From Ginglymostoma cirratum (Eukaryota), in NCBI GenBank assembly GCA_024137785.1, contig JAHRHZ010000267.1:14335454-14399453 (forward strand): a stretch of 64,000 nucleotides of DNA, given 5' to 3'. The notes under the pieces were generated by a model. It saw only the letters and a program-made list of their open reading frames with translations, was not told the origin of the DNA and made no database searches. Position 1 is the first letter of the stretch, and each line of letters begins with the position of its first letter. This document shows, piece after piece, positions 1 to 13,255 of this stretch. The position numbers and the translations under genes are program-made.

Positions 1-794
1 TTTTTTTAAGGGGTATGGTTGAAGGAGCAAGCTCCAGCAGGACAACCTGACATTCTGTGTCTTAAACTCTTCTACAACATTTGAGCTACTGTGGTCAAGA
101 TAGATTGTTATCTTTTTGTACACATTTTGGACATATATCTCAAAATGTTCAGTAATAGTCAAAATGTTCAAAATGAGCCATGAATAATCCAATGGTAACC
201 TTCCCTACTGTGGAGTACAATCTTTGATGTATGTTTAGATTTTTGAAGAAGTATCCAATTAGTTTCTTTATTCCAGATTTGTATTCCTGCAGGACAACAG
301 CCCCTACCCTGATGTCATCTCTAGTGACGGATACTTTAAAAATTCTTGGTTAGAATTAGAAACTGAAAGCTCAGGATAGCTTGTTAAAATGCTCTTCAGC
401 TGTTCAAAAGCATTTTGACATTGCTCATTCTATAGCACATTCATTTTTTGTAGTAAGTCTGTCAGCGCACAGCTACTGTATTAAAGTTTAGGATGAATAT
501 TTGACAAACTTTAAGTAAGAAGGAGCAAACCATGCATTCTCCCCACGGGATTAAGTGCAGTAATAATGCCCAATGTCTGGTGAATTTAGACATTTGAAAT
601 ATAAAAATAGCTTCTACATCTGCATCCTCAAACTTTGAAATTGTGACCAAATTGAGTTGCCTCCACCCTCAAATCTGAGCTAGTAACGTTTTCATGGAAA
701 ACATTGGGAATCCTGCTTCTCAGCTTGAGCCATCTTACTTCCAGCTCCGTTTCCATCAGTTCTTCATGAAACTCTCTTTTCTTTCTGTTCTTTG

Positions 795-828
795 CTCTCT
801 CTCTCTCTCTGATCTCTCTCCTTCTCTT
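795..828 (+). repeat. (CT)n microsatellite
   Basis: ctctctctctctctctgatctctctccttctctt. Confidence 0.75.
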
Positions 829-1559
829 TATCTGGAAATTCCAACTTCCACTGCTCCAATTTTAATTTATCCACTGCTGCAGTTGCAGTTTCATCGTGCA
901 CCGATTTCATCTATAAACCATTCGATATCTCATTTAAAATTTTAGATTTTCTAGCTCTTGGGAAAAGTTCCAATCCTTTTAACTATTTGAGGGACAGAAC
1001 ATATGAATCCTCAAAAATAACTTCCCTTACTTCTGCTAGGAGCACTCTGGCATCAAATGCAGACATTTCTATCCTGTAGCAATGCAAAATCAAGCTAAAT
1101 TTTGCAATACTTTTGCAATTAATTTCAAGGTGATAATTTATATTACAATTCTTTTGTTTCATCTATGCATTCAAATCGCAGCAAGAGCCCACAGTTTATT
1201 ATAACCAGACTCTGGATGAGATTCCCAATTCTTTGCAATTCCAGTTGGGATACCCCAAAATTGTTTTAGCTATTAGATGGTGAGGGATGAACTGGATCTA
1301 TTTCTTTATTCACCCACCCCTTTTGTTGGTTGCATCAACGTTCAATTAAAAAAATTTCTTGCTTCCACATCCAAATGTATTTTAAAAGGAACCAATTTAA
1401 CCAGGCTCTCTTGAATTAAGAAAAAGATTGAGATCAATAATTACTAAATGCAAGAAGAATTTGTAACATAGCGCACATCGACACAGATTACATATGTTGG
1501 TGAGTTCAAAAATGTTTTTTAGAAATGTTTAAACAAAACTGTTGTAGGGATCAGTCTTT

Positions 1560-2345
1560 GAATTGTTCTCTCACTTTGAAGGAGATAGTTTAACATTGCA
1601 TTTGTTCCCGGTAGTGTTGACATTGTTCACTGAACAGTCAGCCTTGCTTTCCTCAGTTTTGCATGTTGCATGAAATTCTGTAGTTCTGATTCCTTTTGAC
1701 TGTGATTGAATTCCAGTATTTGGCCTAATTTACTTTTTCATATGAATTGGGGCACTCTCGGAGAAGGTCATTCCCTGTACCACAGGATGGCGAGGGTGTC
1801 GTTCTTTGACTGTGATCACCACAGCATACTATTGCAAACTGGTACACTCAAGAGCATTCATACCCATGAGCACTCTTTAGTAGAGTTGGAGCTGGCTTTT
1901 TAACCCTAACCTTTGTGTATTCTTCAAGAGGAAAAACATAGACTATGCTTGCAGTTTTTGACATAGTCCACAGGGTGTGGCTTGCTATTGAGCCCCTTGT
2001 TATCCTTGTTATCAAGAGAACACGGTCCAGTCCATTTTAAGTTTCTTTGATGTTACGTCCCATCAGTTCCAAATAGAATTGTTTGCACCAGTCACTTTGT
2101 AGCTGTAATTGTCCCGTTTTAAGTAACGCATTTTGAAATTTATAACCGAAAACACCCATTGCATTTCAGGGTTCTAACACATCATTGCAACACTGGTCAC
2201 AATGGTTCTGGTCAAAGTATAACAGATCAACCTTGAGAATATCCTCAACTTCCTAGTCTAGAGCATCAATATCTAGATAAGGGATCATCTTGGTCTTTGT
2301 ATGGGTTGGGTAATCTGTCGAGCATGTCAGAAATAATAGACTTAA
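1560..2345 (-). mobile_element. Highly decayed Gypsy-like pol fragment (RNase H end / integrase)
   Basis: Weak minus-strand motifs: ISDMLDRLPNP, CGLCQKLQ, PNSYE...TVKRNQ (resembling PRSY...RRNR). Confidence 0.3.
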
Positions 2346-2940
2346 ATAACCAGAACTAACCTTCATGCCCTCTTTTTGCTCGGTCTCAAAGGTCTCCATA
2401 GCAGTCAAGTATCACAATCTATGGCCTTCACTTTCCATAGGCAATAGTCAATGTGGCACAGAAAGATGGACTTTTTCTGGGTGTCGTTGAAATGTTTGCT
2501 TTGTACCCTCCCATTCTATTTACCAGGGAGCAGATCTCCATACATTTCAGTCTTGAGCTGGTCACTGTCATTCACCCAGGAAACATGCTATACCAGTGTA
2601 ATTGCTTTTGTGGGAGGATGGTCTCAATCCTGCTGATGTTGGCTGTTTCCAGGAGTTTGACACTTGTGATGTGGTCCTGCCAGCTAATCTTGTAGATGCA
2701 GTGGAGGAAATACTCTAAAGGAAATCCATGTCAGTGGTTTCTGGACTCATAATTTGGTGCCATCCAAAAGGGGAATGAGGAATGCAACTTTGTATGGTTT
2801 TGGTGCTTGGTCTGTATTACGAGGGTCTACTTGTGCTACACTCATTTTAGAGCTAGGCCAAATGCAATATTTACTTTTGAAAACCAATTGTCTACTTTCC
2901 TCTCTATAGTGGCATCAAAATCAGTGACATTCCCCAAATA

Positions 2941-3471
2941 ACAAGCATGGGGCTGGATGAACACAGCAGGTCAAGCAGCATCATNNNNNNNNNNNNNNNN
3001 NNNNNNNNNNNNNNNNNNNNNNNNNNNNNNNNNNNNNNNNNNNNNNNNNNNNNNNNNNNNNNNNNNNNNNNNNNNNNNNNNNNNNNNNNNNNNNNNNNNN
3101 NNNNNNNNNNNNNNNNNNNNNNNNNNNNNNNNNNNNNNNNNNNNNNNNNNNNNNNNNNNNNNNNNNNNNNNNNNNNNNNNNNNNNNNNNNNNNNNNNNNN
3201 NNNNNNNNNNNNNNNNNNNNNNNNNNNNNNNNNNNNNNNNNNNNNNNNNNNNNNNNNNNNNNNNNNNNNNNNNNNNNNNNNNNNNNNNNNNNNNNNNNNN
3301 NNNNNNNNNNNNNNNNNNNNNNNNNNNNNNNNNNNNNNNNNNNNNNNNNNNNNNNNNNNNNNNNNNNNNNNNNNNNNNNNNNNNATGATGCTGCTTGACC
3401 TGCTGTGTTCATCCAGCCCCATGCTTGTTATCTCGGATTCTCCAGCATCTGCAGTACCTTTTATCTCTGAT
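2941..3471 (+). mobile_element. Young Penelope-like element with inverted-repeat arms, centre hidden by a 400-N gap
   Basis: The left arm 2938-2984 is the perfect reverse complement of the start of the right arm (3385 onward). A direct repeat ACATTCCCCAAATA at 2927-2940 and 3472-3485 is the TSD. Arms are nearly identical to those at 59811-60430. Confidence 0.85.
2985..3384. other. Assembly gap (400 N)
   Basis: Run of exactly 400 N. Confidence 0.99.
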
Positions 3472-3600
3472 ACATTCCCCAAATAGGTAACTTGCTTGGC
3501 AGAATTCAGCTCAGATCTTTTAATGTCCATGGTTGGTGGTTTATATTTGTCTTGGTGTTCAGGCTGATGCTGGAGCTCAATTTTCTCTGATTTTTTCTTC

Positions 3601-4520
3601 TGTGAAGGGTTGTGGTGCCTCAGAAAAATTTTGTATTTCAGGTACAAGTGATTTATATATATTGATTGGATTTCAGACTAGTGGCATATGGGTTTTAGTT
3701 TGTGTTTTACGAAGAGATTTAAAATTAGCTAGGTCAGTCTTTCTGGAAACATGATTTTAAACCATTATGTTTCATGAAGCAGGAGACTCCTGGATGGATA
3801 ATATAAATTTGTTTATGTTGTGGGCTTTTACAACAAGAGGGGGAAAATATTGAAAGACATTAGTTAATTTTTAAGTTTAGTATAATCAAGAATTGATTTG
3901 AACATAGAAGAACCCAGAGACTGGAAAGCTTTTGAGGTCAGTTTGAAGGAGAACTGACTAAAGTCAGATGCAAGATTTTAGTATCTCCCAGAAAGGGGGT
4001 TGTTCAGAACAGTTAAGGGAGTAAAGTTACCTCAGAGAAAGAGTTTAGTGTATGAAACGTCTAGACTAAGGGTGTTTGATTGGAACTCTACAGATTATCA
4101 AAAGACTGTATAAGCCTAAGATCTCAGATGTGTGAATATTCAAAAGAAAAATGTTGATAGCTCACTGGACCAGGCCGAAGGAAATCTGTTAAGGGAAGCA
4201 TACAGATTTGATAAAGAAGGAATTCCTCTGGATTTTGATTACTTCTAAAGTATATTGGGGATGATATTGGGGAGTGAATGAGACTTTGTTTTGCCACACG
4301 TTCCTATTATATGTAGATGGCTTGGTTTATTTTATTTATTTTATTTATTTGGTGTAATGAACTTCATTTTTATTGTTAAATTCAAACATGCAGTCTGGCT
4401 TGCTTATATTTTAGAAAGATTACAATGTTAAACAAAACATACACAATAAAAGCACTATCAAACCAGATTTCATTCTGGGCTCTGATGTACTTAGTAGCAA
4501 TGGCAATTGCGATCATTACA
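3601..4520 (+). mobile_element. Solo LTR (family A)
   Basis: TGTGAAG...CATTACA termini, AATAAA near the 3' end (~4445). It interrupts the RTE reading frame, and both ends are homologous to the copies at 6027-6970 and 15565-16436. No clean TSD. Confidence 0.65.
4326..4350 (+). repeat. (TTTA/TTTTA)n microsatellite
   Basis: tttatttttatttattttatttattt. Confidence 0.7.
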
Positions 4521-6026
4521 TGGCCTGACTGACTGTGGGCCAGGAGGACACACTCAGTCATCAGGGATAAAATTTATGGATGAGATTATCCTGCGTCTTG
4601 GTGTCAGTCCAAAGATGCCCACGATTGAAAATCTATTGGAAAGCGCATGTCAACTCTGTAAGATCTTCTGTTGCTTGCTGCAACATTATATTGAACATAG
4701 TGAGTAGGAGTCAGCACCAGTACATATTTCTGATTCATACTATTGCTTATTTGAAAAAGATTAGAGAGGGCATTGTTGACTGTGCTTCATCACAGCCAGG
4801 AACATGGGTACACATTCAAGTTAAGGATTTCCCTAAATCTATCTATGCTCAGTGCTGAAAGCCTTGATGAGGTCAACAAAAATGACATGCAGGCCCTTGT
4901 TTTGGTTGGCACTTTTCTTGTAATTGTCTGATCATCTCTGTTTGCTCTGAAACTGCACAGAATCTAACATCTATTTCTATAACAGTGGGCACAAGCCTGT
5001 TGAGAAATATCCTTGCCAGGATCCTGCCAGCAGTGGAAAGGAAGCTGATCACATTTTAGTCAGTTTAATTTGAATATTCTCCTTTGTTTTTGTATGAGAT
5101 AATGTAAGAAGCATCACAATGATTGTGATTTCCTGTGCTGTACCAATCAGACCATGAAAACCATGTAGGATCAGGCCATCATGCTTCAAGGTTTCATGTG
5201 GAATTGTATTGCCTTGAGAGTTTTTTTTTCTCATCATCTGGTTGATAGTGGTCTAGATTTGGGCTCTCATTGAGCTGTTGGTAATCTGTGGTTGGATGTA
5301 ATTGGTGGCATTAGAAAGCACTGCACACTTGGCATTGAAGAGTGTTTCAAAGAGCTCAGACCAATTATCCAGGACTAACTCTCCATCAGCACCCAATACC
5401 TTACTATCAGCACAGGGTTTTTGCTTTGATATGCTGGTCCATCCGTGGACAGATTTCAGTACTTCACAGAAACGTCTTAATTTAATTGTATGCTGATACT
5501 GGTCCTATATTTCCACAAGTATGACTTGCCATTTTGAATGTTCTTCAGTTTACATTGAAACATGCTGAATGCTTGACTGTAGGCTATTTTATTACTCTTA
5601 CCTAAATGGTTCAGTCAGGTAAACTTGATAAGTTTATCTCTTTATCCCCAGTAGATCTTGGATTGCCTTGTCATTTTCATCAAAGTGTTTCCTGTTCTTG
5701 ACGTTGAATCTAATGACCCTGGATTCAGATCTATAGACTTATACAGCTATCTATATCTTAGAAACAGATACCACTTGACTCTTCTTTTGTTAGAGTTCTA
5801 TGTTATCCAAAAGCTAGTGTCCAGTTAATCTTCAACTGGTTTTCCCAACATCCACCACCAAGATATCAAAGTCTATCAAGACATTGCAAATCTGGTGTGA
5901 GTCTGCCTCCAGCAGGGCATTTTACCTGTTATGACTCTGATTTTTATCTCCTGCACCATAAAAAATCTGGGAGCAGGTAGTATGGTATTGAAGGATTTAA
6001 CAGACATATATGATAATAATTATGTG

Positions 6027-6970
6027 CTGTTATGATCCCAGATTATATTATTACCAGACAATTGAGATCCCAGGCTGGAATTGTTTTGATAGATGTCATT
6101 TTGTTTCTTCTTTGGTTGTAATGATGCGGTCTCTCATTGAAACATAAACTTGCAATGTGGCAGATTTGGTTTGAACAATAAATAGCTTATTGCATTAAAA
6201 TAAGGTCAAATGTCATAAACCAAACTACTTATAAAACAAAAATTTAAAAGGTTTCAAAAACACACAATAAAAATAAAGTTCCCATTAATTCCAAAAGTAC
6301 ATCTTTACAATGCTCACACCATTGAGAATTCCCTTCAGTATCATGCCTAAAGGATTTAATTTAACTGGAGCTTCTACTCTCTACCTTCAGAATCTGAAAG
6401 TCTTTACCTGGAATCTTCATTCAACTGAGCTTAGCCTCAAGTGATCCCTTTAGGGTTTTAAACAAATGTTTCTTGTCAAGAACTCTTACTAAACAACTTA
6501 CACTGAAGTATCCTATTGTTTAACATTTCCAAATTATTTTCTCCCTTTCTCAGAAACAGCTGCTTTACACATTCAACTTCAGTTAAGAACCTACAGAACT
6601 ACTCAAATTGAAATAAAACAAAAATCTCCGTCATCTATCGACATCTCCCCACCCTGGCCACCCAAACTATAGGTGTTTCTCTTCATCAAAAAAAAAATCA
6701 ATCCCCAAAACTCTAACTTGGAGCCTAATGCACAATGTTTTACTTTGTTCACTAATAGAATTTTCTCAATATGAACAAAAACTTATTACTTTCCAGGAAG
6801 TATTTCCCTCATTCTGTTTTAAAATAAACACCATGGCTCCAGAAATACTTACAAATTAATCAATAAACCCTGTCAGACGCAAAGAAAACCCACATGTCAC
6901 TAGTTCAACTTCAAAAATCCAAATTCAAAAATATATGATATTAAGAAAAATCTATGAATTGCACAACTTA
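6027..6970 (-). mobile_element. Solo LTR (family A)
   Basis: Starts TGTTATGATCCCAG and ends ...ACTTACA. Aligns by eye with 15565-16436 and with the reverse complement of 3601-4520. Confidence 0.65.
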
Positions 6971-8324
6971 CATTGCAGCAAAATTATGTTCTTGACACAT
7001 AATTGAGCTAATTTTAAGTGAGTGAGTGTTAACAATGGAGCAGCATCAAGTCGAGTGTTATACATCAAATAATCAAAGGTTAGTTTGAAATCTTTATGCT
7101 ATCAGACCACAAGATATTACGCAATGTTGATATCATGAGTGTGTCTCTTGAGGGTACGCTGACCATGCGATACAACAACAATGGCAGGTATTATATTAGT
7201 GTAGATCTTGTTTTCTTATAAAAAGTTACATTTTTGATGGGATTTTACTTTGGATTACCATAAATTAATCATTAAACCCTTTTGGACACACAGAAAATCC
7301 ATATGACACTGGTACAAATTTAAAACTCCAAACTGAAAAATGATATGAATTTAGTACAGTTGATTTGCATCTTATGTTGCCAAATCATCTCATCTATTTG
7401 GTCTTACTAGCAGTGTAGATTTCTCCATGTAACCCAGCATCTTTTGCAGAAAGAATACTCGACCAATTCTAGCATTATTGTCTAAAATCAATGGACTAAA
7501 TGTCTCAAAGCAGCTTCTGCACTGTTAAACCTTCAGATCAGTTTTTGAGATGTGGTAAAATGATCACAGATGTGCATGTATCCATGTGAGAGCTCAGTAC
7601 AAAGACTCTGGGAAAATTGTCTGCTTTCCGTTTTCAATGAAAGGGATTGTTTGCATGTTTATTTTTGTGCTGAGCAGAGAGAATGCCTCTATCAACAGCA
7701 GTTACTCATGCATTGAGCCTTCGTTACCATTCAACAGTTTAGTTGGTCACACATTAAGACAAGTTAATTACTTTGGAGTGATTTTATTCTGTGCTACAAA
7801 TTACATAGTAATTTAGTATTACTTCTGAAACAACAAAAGACAAATTATCTCAATGAAATCAGGTGGAAATAGCATCCAATTCTTGTCCTCTTGTCAAGCA
7901 GGTTTAAGTGATGGTGCTCCTTTCCGAATAAATAGTTTTCTGTCAATATAAGCTGAAATCAGAATAATAAAATTGACATTTATTTCCTCTAGCTCAATAA
8001 GAAAATGAAAAATCTTATCAGCTCCAAATTATCATTTCACTATTTTAAGCAAAATAATTAAAACTTTTCCTAACCCAAGTCTTATGATTTTGGCTTAAAT
8101 TTTTGGCAAGTTCGGGATTTGCAGTGATTTAATTTTTTCTACTTACATTAATTACATACAAAAGGAATCCAATAAATTCGATTTATGTATGTAAAGCCAC
8201 CCCAATGAGAAAAAGTAAATCAGTGACGGAAGCTCAACCTAATTTTTGAAAGTTCTGGATACTCCTTGGAGGTTTAGGAGGTAAATGTATGGTGCAGTGT
8301 CAAGGCACATTGATCAAGGGAAGG

Positions 8325-9020
8325 TGATGGTTTAATGGCATTTTCACTGGACTAGCATTCTAAAGATGCACATAATACTCTATGGACTAGGAATCCAATC
8401 ATGCCTTGGCAAATCGTGAAAACTGAATTTTTAAATTCTGGAATTACAAGTCTAGTGATGACCATGTAATCATTGCAAATGGAGGGGTAAAAAACACTTG
8501 GTTTCACTAATGTCTTTTAGGAAAGGAAATCTGCCATCCTTATCTGATTTGACCTTCACGTGACTCCAGATCCACAGCTATGTGGTTGGCACTTAACTGT
8601 CCTTTGAAGTGGCTGAGCAAACCATTCAGTTGAATCAATCCACGAAAAAGACTCAAAGGAATGAAATTGGATGAATCACCTGGCATCAACCTATGCACTG
8701 GAAATGATAATGACAAACTTGTCTCTCCCGACCCTGTACAGTTCTATTTAATAGCATTTCAGGGTTCCTGGCAAACTCGGTAAAGTTAGCTCACAGTTTA
8801 GTCAAGCAACAAACTGACCCTTCCAAACCGTTTATCATTCTGACTCAGAAGAATACTTCCAATCTTTCACTGTCATGGGGTCAAAATTCAGGAATACTCT
8901 CTCAGCAACATTACACAAAACGGTTCAAGAAAGCAGCTCACCACCTTTTCTAGGTCAAATATGGAGGGTCAATAAATGCTGGCCTACTCTGTGATGCCCA
9001 TATCCCCTGACATGAATAAG
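8325..9020 (+). mobile_element. Internally deleted CR1/L2-group LINE (or its partner SINE): 5' head fused to 3' tail
   Basis: The 3' tail GGTTCAAGAAAGCAGCTCACCACC...AATAAATGCTGGCC matches 41400-41490. The head matches 46800-47075 (minus) and 42880-43145. Confidence 0.6.
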
Positions 9021-9660
9021 TAAATAAACTAATCTCGTGTTTTATTCAAAATGAGCTGACCTTTGGGTCACGCTCAGAGTTTTTATCGAATGGGAGAAAG
9101 ATCATCCAATGTCAGCCTCTGGTCACTGAGAACACTATGTTTAGTGAGCACGCACAATCCTTTGGGCTTGTAGATTGTGGCTTGTGCCAAAACACAATCG
9201 CACGTTCACTTACTTTGTGTGACAATCACTGGCTAGCTCATGACAAAATGGGTTGAACATTAATTCCCACTCCAAGCTGCTTTAGGTGACTTCAATTGGC
9301 CAGTCGTGCTCTATTTGCCCTTAGCCCCCTGGACTGGTATGTACAGCAAGCAAATTGGACCCCATGATTCTGAGTCAAAAACAGAAAATGCTGGAAACAC
9401 TTAATTAGTCTGTCAAAATTTGTGAGAGGCATAGTTTATTATTTTAAATGTAGACCCTTTGTCGGAATGGAAAGACAACACAAGCCTTTCAAAGGGAATA
9501 GAGAAAAATGAAGATGAAATATTTGGAAATGTTTCTTTCCTCCTGTCTTTGTCTGGAGGCTCCACAGCTGTATATGGTAGTATCTTTCTTCATGGATGAA
9601 CCGAGATTCAGAACATCAGTAGTTTAGTCAATTAGAGGTGCCAGTACACTATAACAGAAT

Positions 9661-9820
9661 GATATAAAACAAAGGGCTGCGGATACTGAAGATCTGAACC
9701 AAGTTAAAGTAAAACTTGCTGGAGAAATTCACAGGTCTGGCAGCATTTATGGAGAGAAAGCAGAGTTAACAATTCAATCTCCAGTGGCCCTACTTCAGAA
9801 CTATGAGCTTCAGAATAATT
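9661..9820 (-). mobile_element. Older Penelope-type short element with a degenerate hammerhead
   Basis: Homologous to 57607-57802. The minus strand reads GTT-CTGAAGT-A-GGGCC-ACTG-GAGATTGAATTGTTAAC. Candidate TSD TAACAGAAT at 9652-9660 and 9821-9829. Confidence 0.65.
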
Positions 9821-10199
9821 TAACAGAATCCTGTTTTAATTTAAAGCCTATAGAGAATAAAGGATGACACTGAATCGATACCCAGACCAGTATGAATGTT
9901 GGGCCTGGATCATGCTTGAGATTTGTTGGTGGACTGAAACATTGCAGGGAAGCCCCATACATAGACTAGAGATAATTACTGAAGCTTGTTATCCATTTTC
10001 CTTGTTTCAAATTCCAGGAAATAATTTCTCAAACACAAAAATGGGAAAAATCTATCCCCATTTCTTCCAGCCGATGGAACAATGGTAGACAAATTGCATG
10101 GAAAAATGTTTGTAATATCAACCTGAGTGACAGGTATTTTAAATTCCATTACTTTTATACTATTCTATTTGAGAAACATTAATCTAAATGCTAAATACT

Positions 10200-10790
10200 A
10201 ATATTTTATAAGTCCCTGATTTGGCCTCAGCCAAAGTATTGTGCCCAATTCTGAATGCCACACTTTAGAAGTGATGTCTGGACATTGGGAAAGTGTTGAG
10301 AAGAGATTCACTGCAATTATACTCGTTGTGACAGGTGATATTTATTTGAAGAGACTGGAAAAACTGGGTTGTTCTGTTTAGAGCAAACAAGGTTAAAGGG
10401 AGTTTTAACAGACGTTTTCAAAATTATAAAGAATTCTACCAGATAAATAAGGAGAAACTATTTCACTGGTGGTAAGGGTGGGAACTTAGTAAACGGACTA
10501 CACAGATGTAAAGTAATTAGCAAATATTCCAAAGGCAAGATGAGGAGAAATGAGTTTTTGTCACTTGTTATTATGAGGTGGAATACATGAGCTGAAATTG
10601 CGCTGAAAGGCGATTCAATTCTAACTTTCAAAAGGAAACTTGACATCGACTGTACATGAAAAGGAAATATTTGCAGAGCTCTAAGAAGAAGGGGGAGTAG
10701 GATTATTCTTCCTACCTATTTCAAAAGATGATGTGAACACATTGGGTTAAATTACCTCCTTCTGTGCTGAATGCTTCTACAATTTTAAAA
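10200..10790 (+). mobile_element. Old CR1 LINE 3' fragment
   Basis: Decayed equivalent of YC.QFW.P...KD...LE.V..RFT and LGLFSLE.RRLRGDL, followed by a CR1-like 3' UTR. Confidence 0.7.
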
Positions 10791-13129
10791 GTTGTCAACA
10801 GGGCATGTTTTATTTACTATGTAGCTTGGAAACTACAACAATTTTCACTCTAACAAAGTATCTCAAGTAAAGCAATCAATGTTTTTATTAGAGCTGTTAT
10901 TTATTTTGTTAGCGATCTCAGACTGATTTAATATTCAACTATGTGCTTGAATGGCTAGCTTCTCTCAAAGGTCTTGTTTCCCTTCAGTCTAAGTAAATCA
11001 GAATACAGTTATGTACCTCTCTTGATCTCATAGAAGAAGAGAAATCTCTAACACACTTCTTTTCTTTCAAACCCCTCCAGCTGTACATCAGCTACTCAGC
11101 AATGCGTTTAAACATTTTAGGTAACAATTTCGTACAGGCAAATGAGAAAGGGAGCAGGTGAATATAAAGGGCAGCCAGCAGGCTGCTCTGAAGAAGTTAA
11201 AACCGCCTCTTTATAAAAACTATCCAGGAATAAGTTTAACAGAGGCAGATGAACATGTTCTGAGAACAAGGTTGCAAAAAGAAGGGTATTGAGAGTCACT
11301 GAAATTTATAAGTCTAAAATGAAAGAGCAATGAATAGAGTACAGCACAGGGGAAATAATACACTGGCATTGAAAGCTTAAATAAACTCTATACACTAAAG
11401 ATGCTGAAAGAAAACATATACGTCCTTCCTTCAGAGATTAATCTCACCTATTTAATGCAACCAATCTATGTGCATACCTACCTCATCACTTACTTTTCAA
11501 GATTTTAAATGTCTGTATCAAGATTTCACACTTAGGATGTATGAATGCAAGGTGTGCAATTATGCAAATACTAGCTGACTGAGACAGATTATTATGTATT
11601 GACATTAAATAGACAGATTTGGACTTGCTGACTACTGCAAGACTGGCAAGGACAGAGCCATTGACCCACTGGCCTTTACAAACCTTTACAGATCTTATAT
11701 CATTAATAGGATGCGGAGTGATGAAAAATTAAAATTGTTGTGATTCAATTATCTCCGAACCCAAGCAATTTTAACACAGTTGTTCCGTATCTTTTTCAGT
11801 TTGCAAAACCTATGGTAAACTTTGTCCCTACGGAATACACGGAAGCTTTGAATTGACAGTGAAAAATGGCACACTCTCCAGATAATGCTTTGTCTAAACT
11901 CTTTGTAATTACAGCTTCAAGTTGTACTTCATGGCTTTTTTTTTCAACAGTATTCCCTGTAGAGGGACCCAAAGATTTTTTTCACATTCATTTCTGCTTT
12001 TATTTATATCATAACCTAAGCTGAAGTTTTTTTTTGTCTGTTGATATCGATCTCGGAGTCCACTTTTTTCCAAGTCTACCATGCAGTCCCAGTTACAAAT
12101 TTTTGGCATCATGAAATGAATTTAGTAAAAGTATGCAGGCACCTTTGTTTGATAAAAATCTGGAACAATTTAAATCAAAGTACAAGTAAAGTGCAGGAGA
12201 TTATCCCAAATAAAAACAACAGAGAATATCCCAAGGAGATTTCATCAGTTCAATTTTGTGTTCAGAATAGACAATTATCTCCCCACTGCAGGCATACTTG
12301 GACAGATAAGAACGTAACGTATAAGCAAACATCCAGGAGGAGGACCTGGCTGTTTTTGATATCACAGCATTAAGAACAGGGCTTAGACAGGAGGATGTTA
12401 CAGTGGCGAACAGGATTCAAGACAATAAATCAGCACTAATCCATATCATTTGGAGCCAAAATTGCCCTTCTATCCTCCTATCCATGCTCTCATCCCTAAT
12501 CACTCCGTTCTTCAGCAGCTGTACAATTCCCTGGGAGACACAGGTCAACATTTTGTCTGTCTTTCACTGCATAAGCAGAGCAGAACAGGATGAAATGGAT
12601 AAAAGCCCAGTACAAGTACATTAGATTATCCTATTGTAATTATCGTAACCCTGTTTCTGATTCGTCTATGGCCCCTCAGCACAGAACAAAATGCCTTCAT
12701 ATTTTAAGACAAATGTTCAAAAGTCTCGAAGGAGAATAAACCTCATCCGGTCCAACAAGAAAGCTCACAAAGCTATGATAGCACAAATAACCAAATAAAG
12801 ACCAGTGGATATTTATTGAGCAGGTAACTGTAGGAACTAACTTTTGTTATCACCTGTAAGATACTAGACCTATTTGTGTAGTGATGTTAAAAATTCTCAT
12901 TATTAGAATAAAATAAATTAAACTATATAAGTCAAGATGCTTTTGTCATAAATACCAGAGACTGATGTTGTGATGCTGGCTAATGTTGACCTTTGTATTG
13001 AAATGGCTGCAAATGTGAAAATTTGATGTTCTTCCCAAAAGAACATGGCTAACATACTTAGGTCTCATGTGTTTAGGAGTAAACAAGCCTTTAATTTTGT
13101 GGTGTGTTTTTCTTCGGTATTCTTTCATA

Positions 13130-13255
13130 AGATGTGGACATTTTTGGCTGTTTTTTATCCCTTGTTACCCTTGAAAAGGTGCTAGAGAGTTGCCTTCTTC
13201 AAATGTTACACTCCAATTAGTATAGGTGCACCTACGATGCTGTTAGGGTGCAAGT
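13130..13255 (-). mobile_element. LINE/SINE 3' tail fragment (same family as 40470-41500)
   Basis: Reverse complement of the ...GAAGAAGGCAACTC...CACCTTTTCAAGGG tail. Confidence 0.45.

Larger units (their letters stand above)
2360..5960 (-). mobile_element. Decayed RTE-clade LINE (ORF2 RT region to 3' end), split by a Penelope-type insertion (2941-3471) and a solo LTR (3601-4520)
   Basis: Minus-strand translations give RTE motifs in the correct order: ISFLSTAGRILARIFLNRL (~5000-5050), GLHVIFVDLIKA (~4860-4900), TECVLLAHS (FADD-derived, ~4525-4565), KIELQHQP..VTYLGNV (3475-3600), YKISWQDHITSVKLLETANISRIETILPQKQLHW (~2590-2700). Many stops and frameshifts. Confidence 0.85.

Noticed and set aside
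2904-3647. Long ORFs of 143-247 aa spanning gap 1
   Set aside because: Artefacts of translating N. The flanking residues come from the repeat arms and the RTE relic.
9376-9470. Additional Penelope-type relics (also ~46640-46712)
   Set aside because: Likely related to the family but too decayed: no hammerhead core or TSD can be read, so they are not counted.
12041-12624. Consecutive ORFs of 110 and 73 aa in unique DNA
   Set aside because: Non-ATG starts, no recognisable domain and no convincing splice sites.
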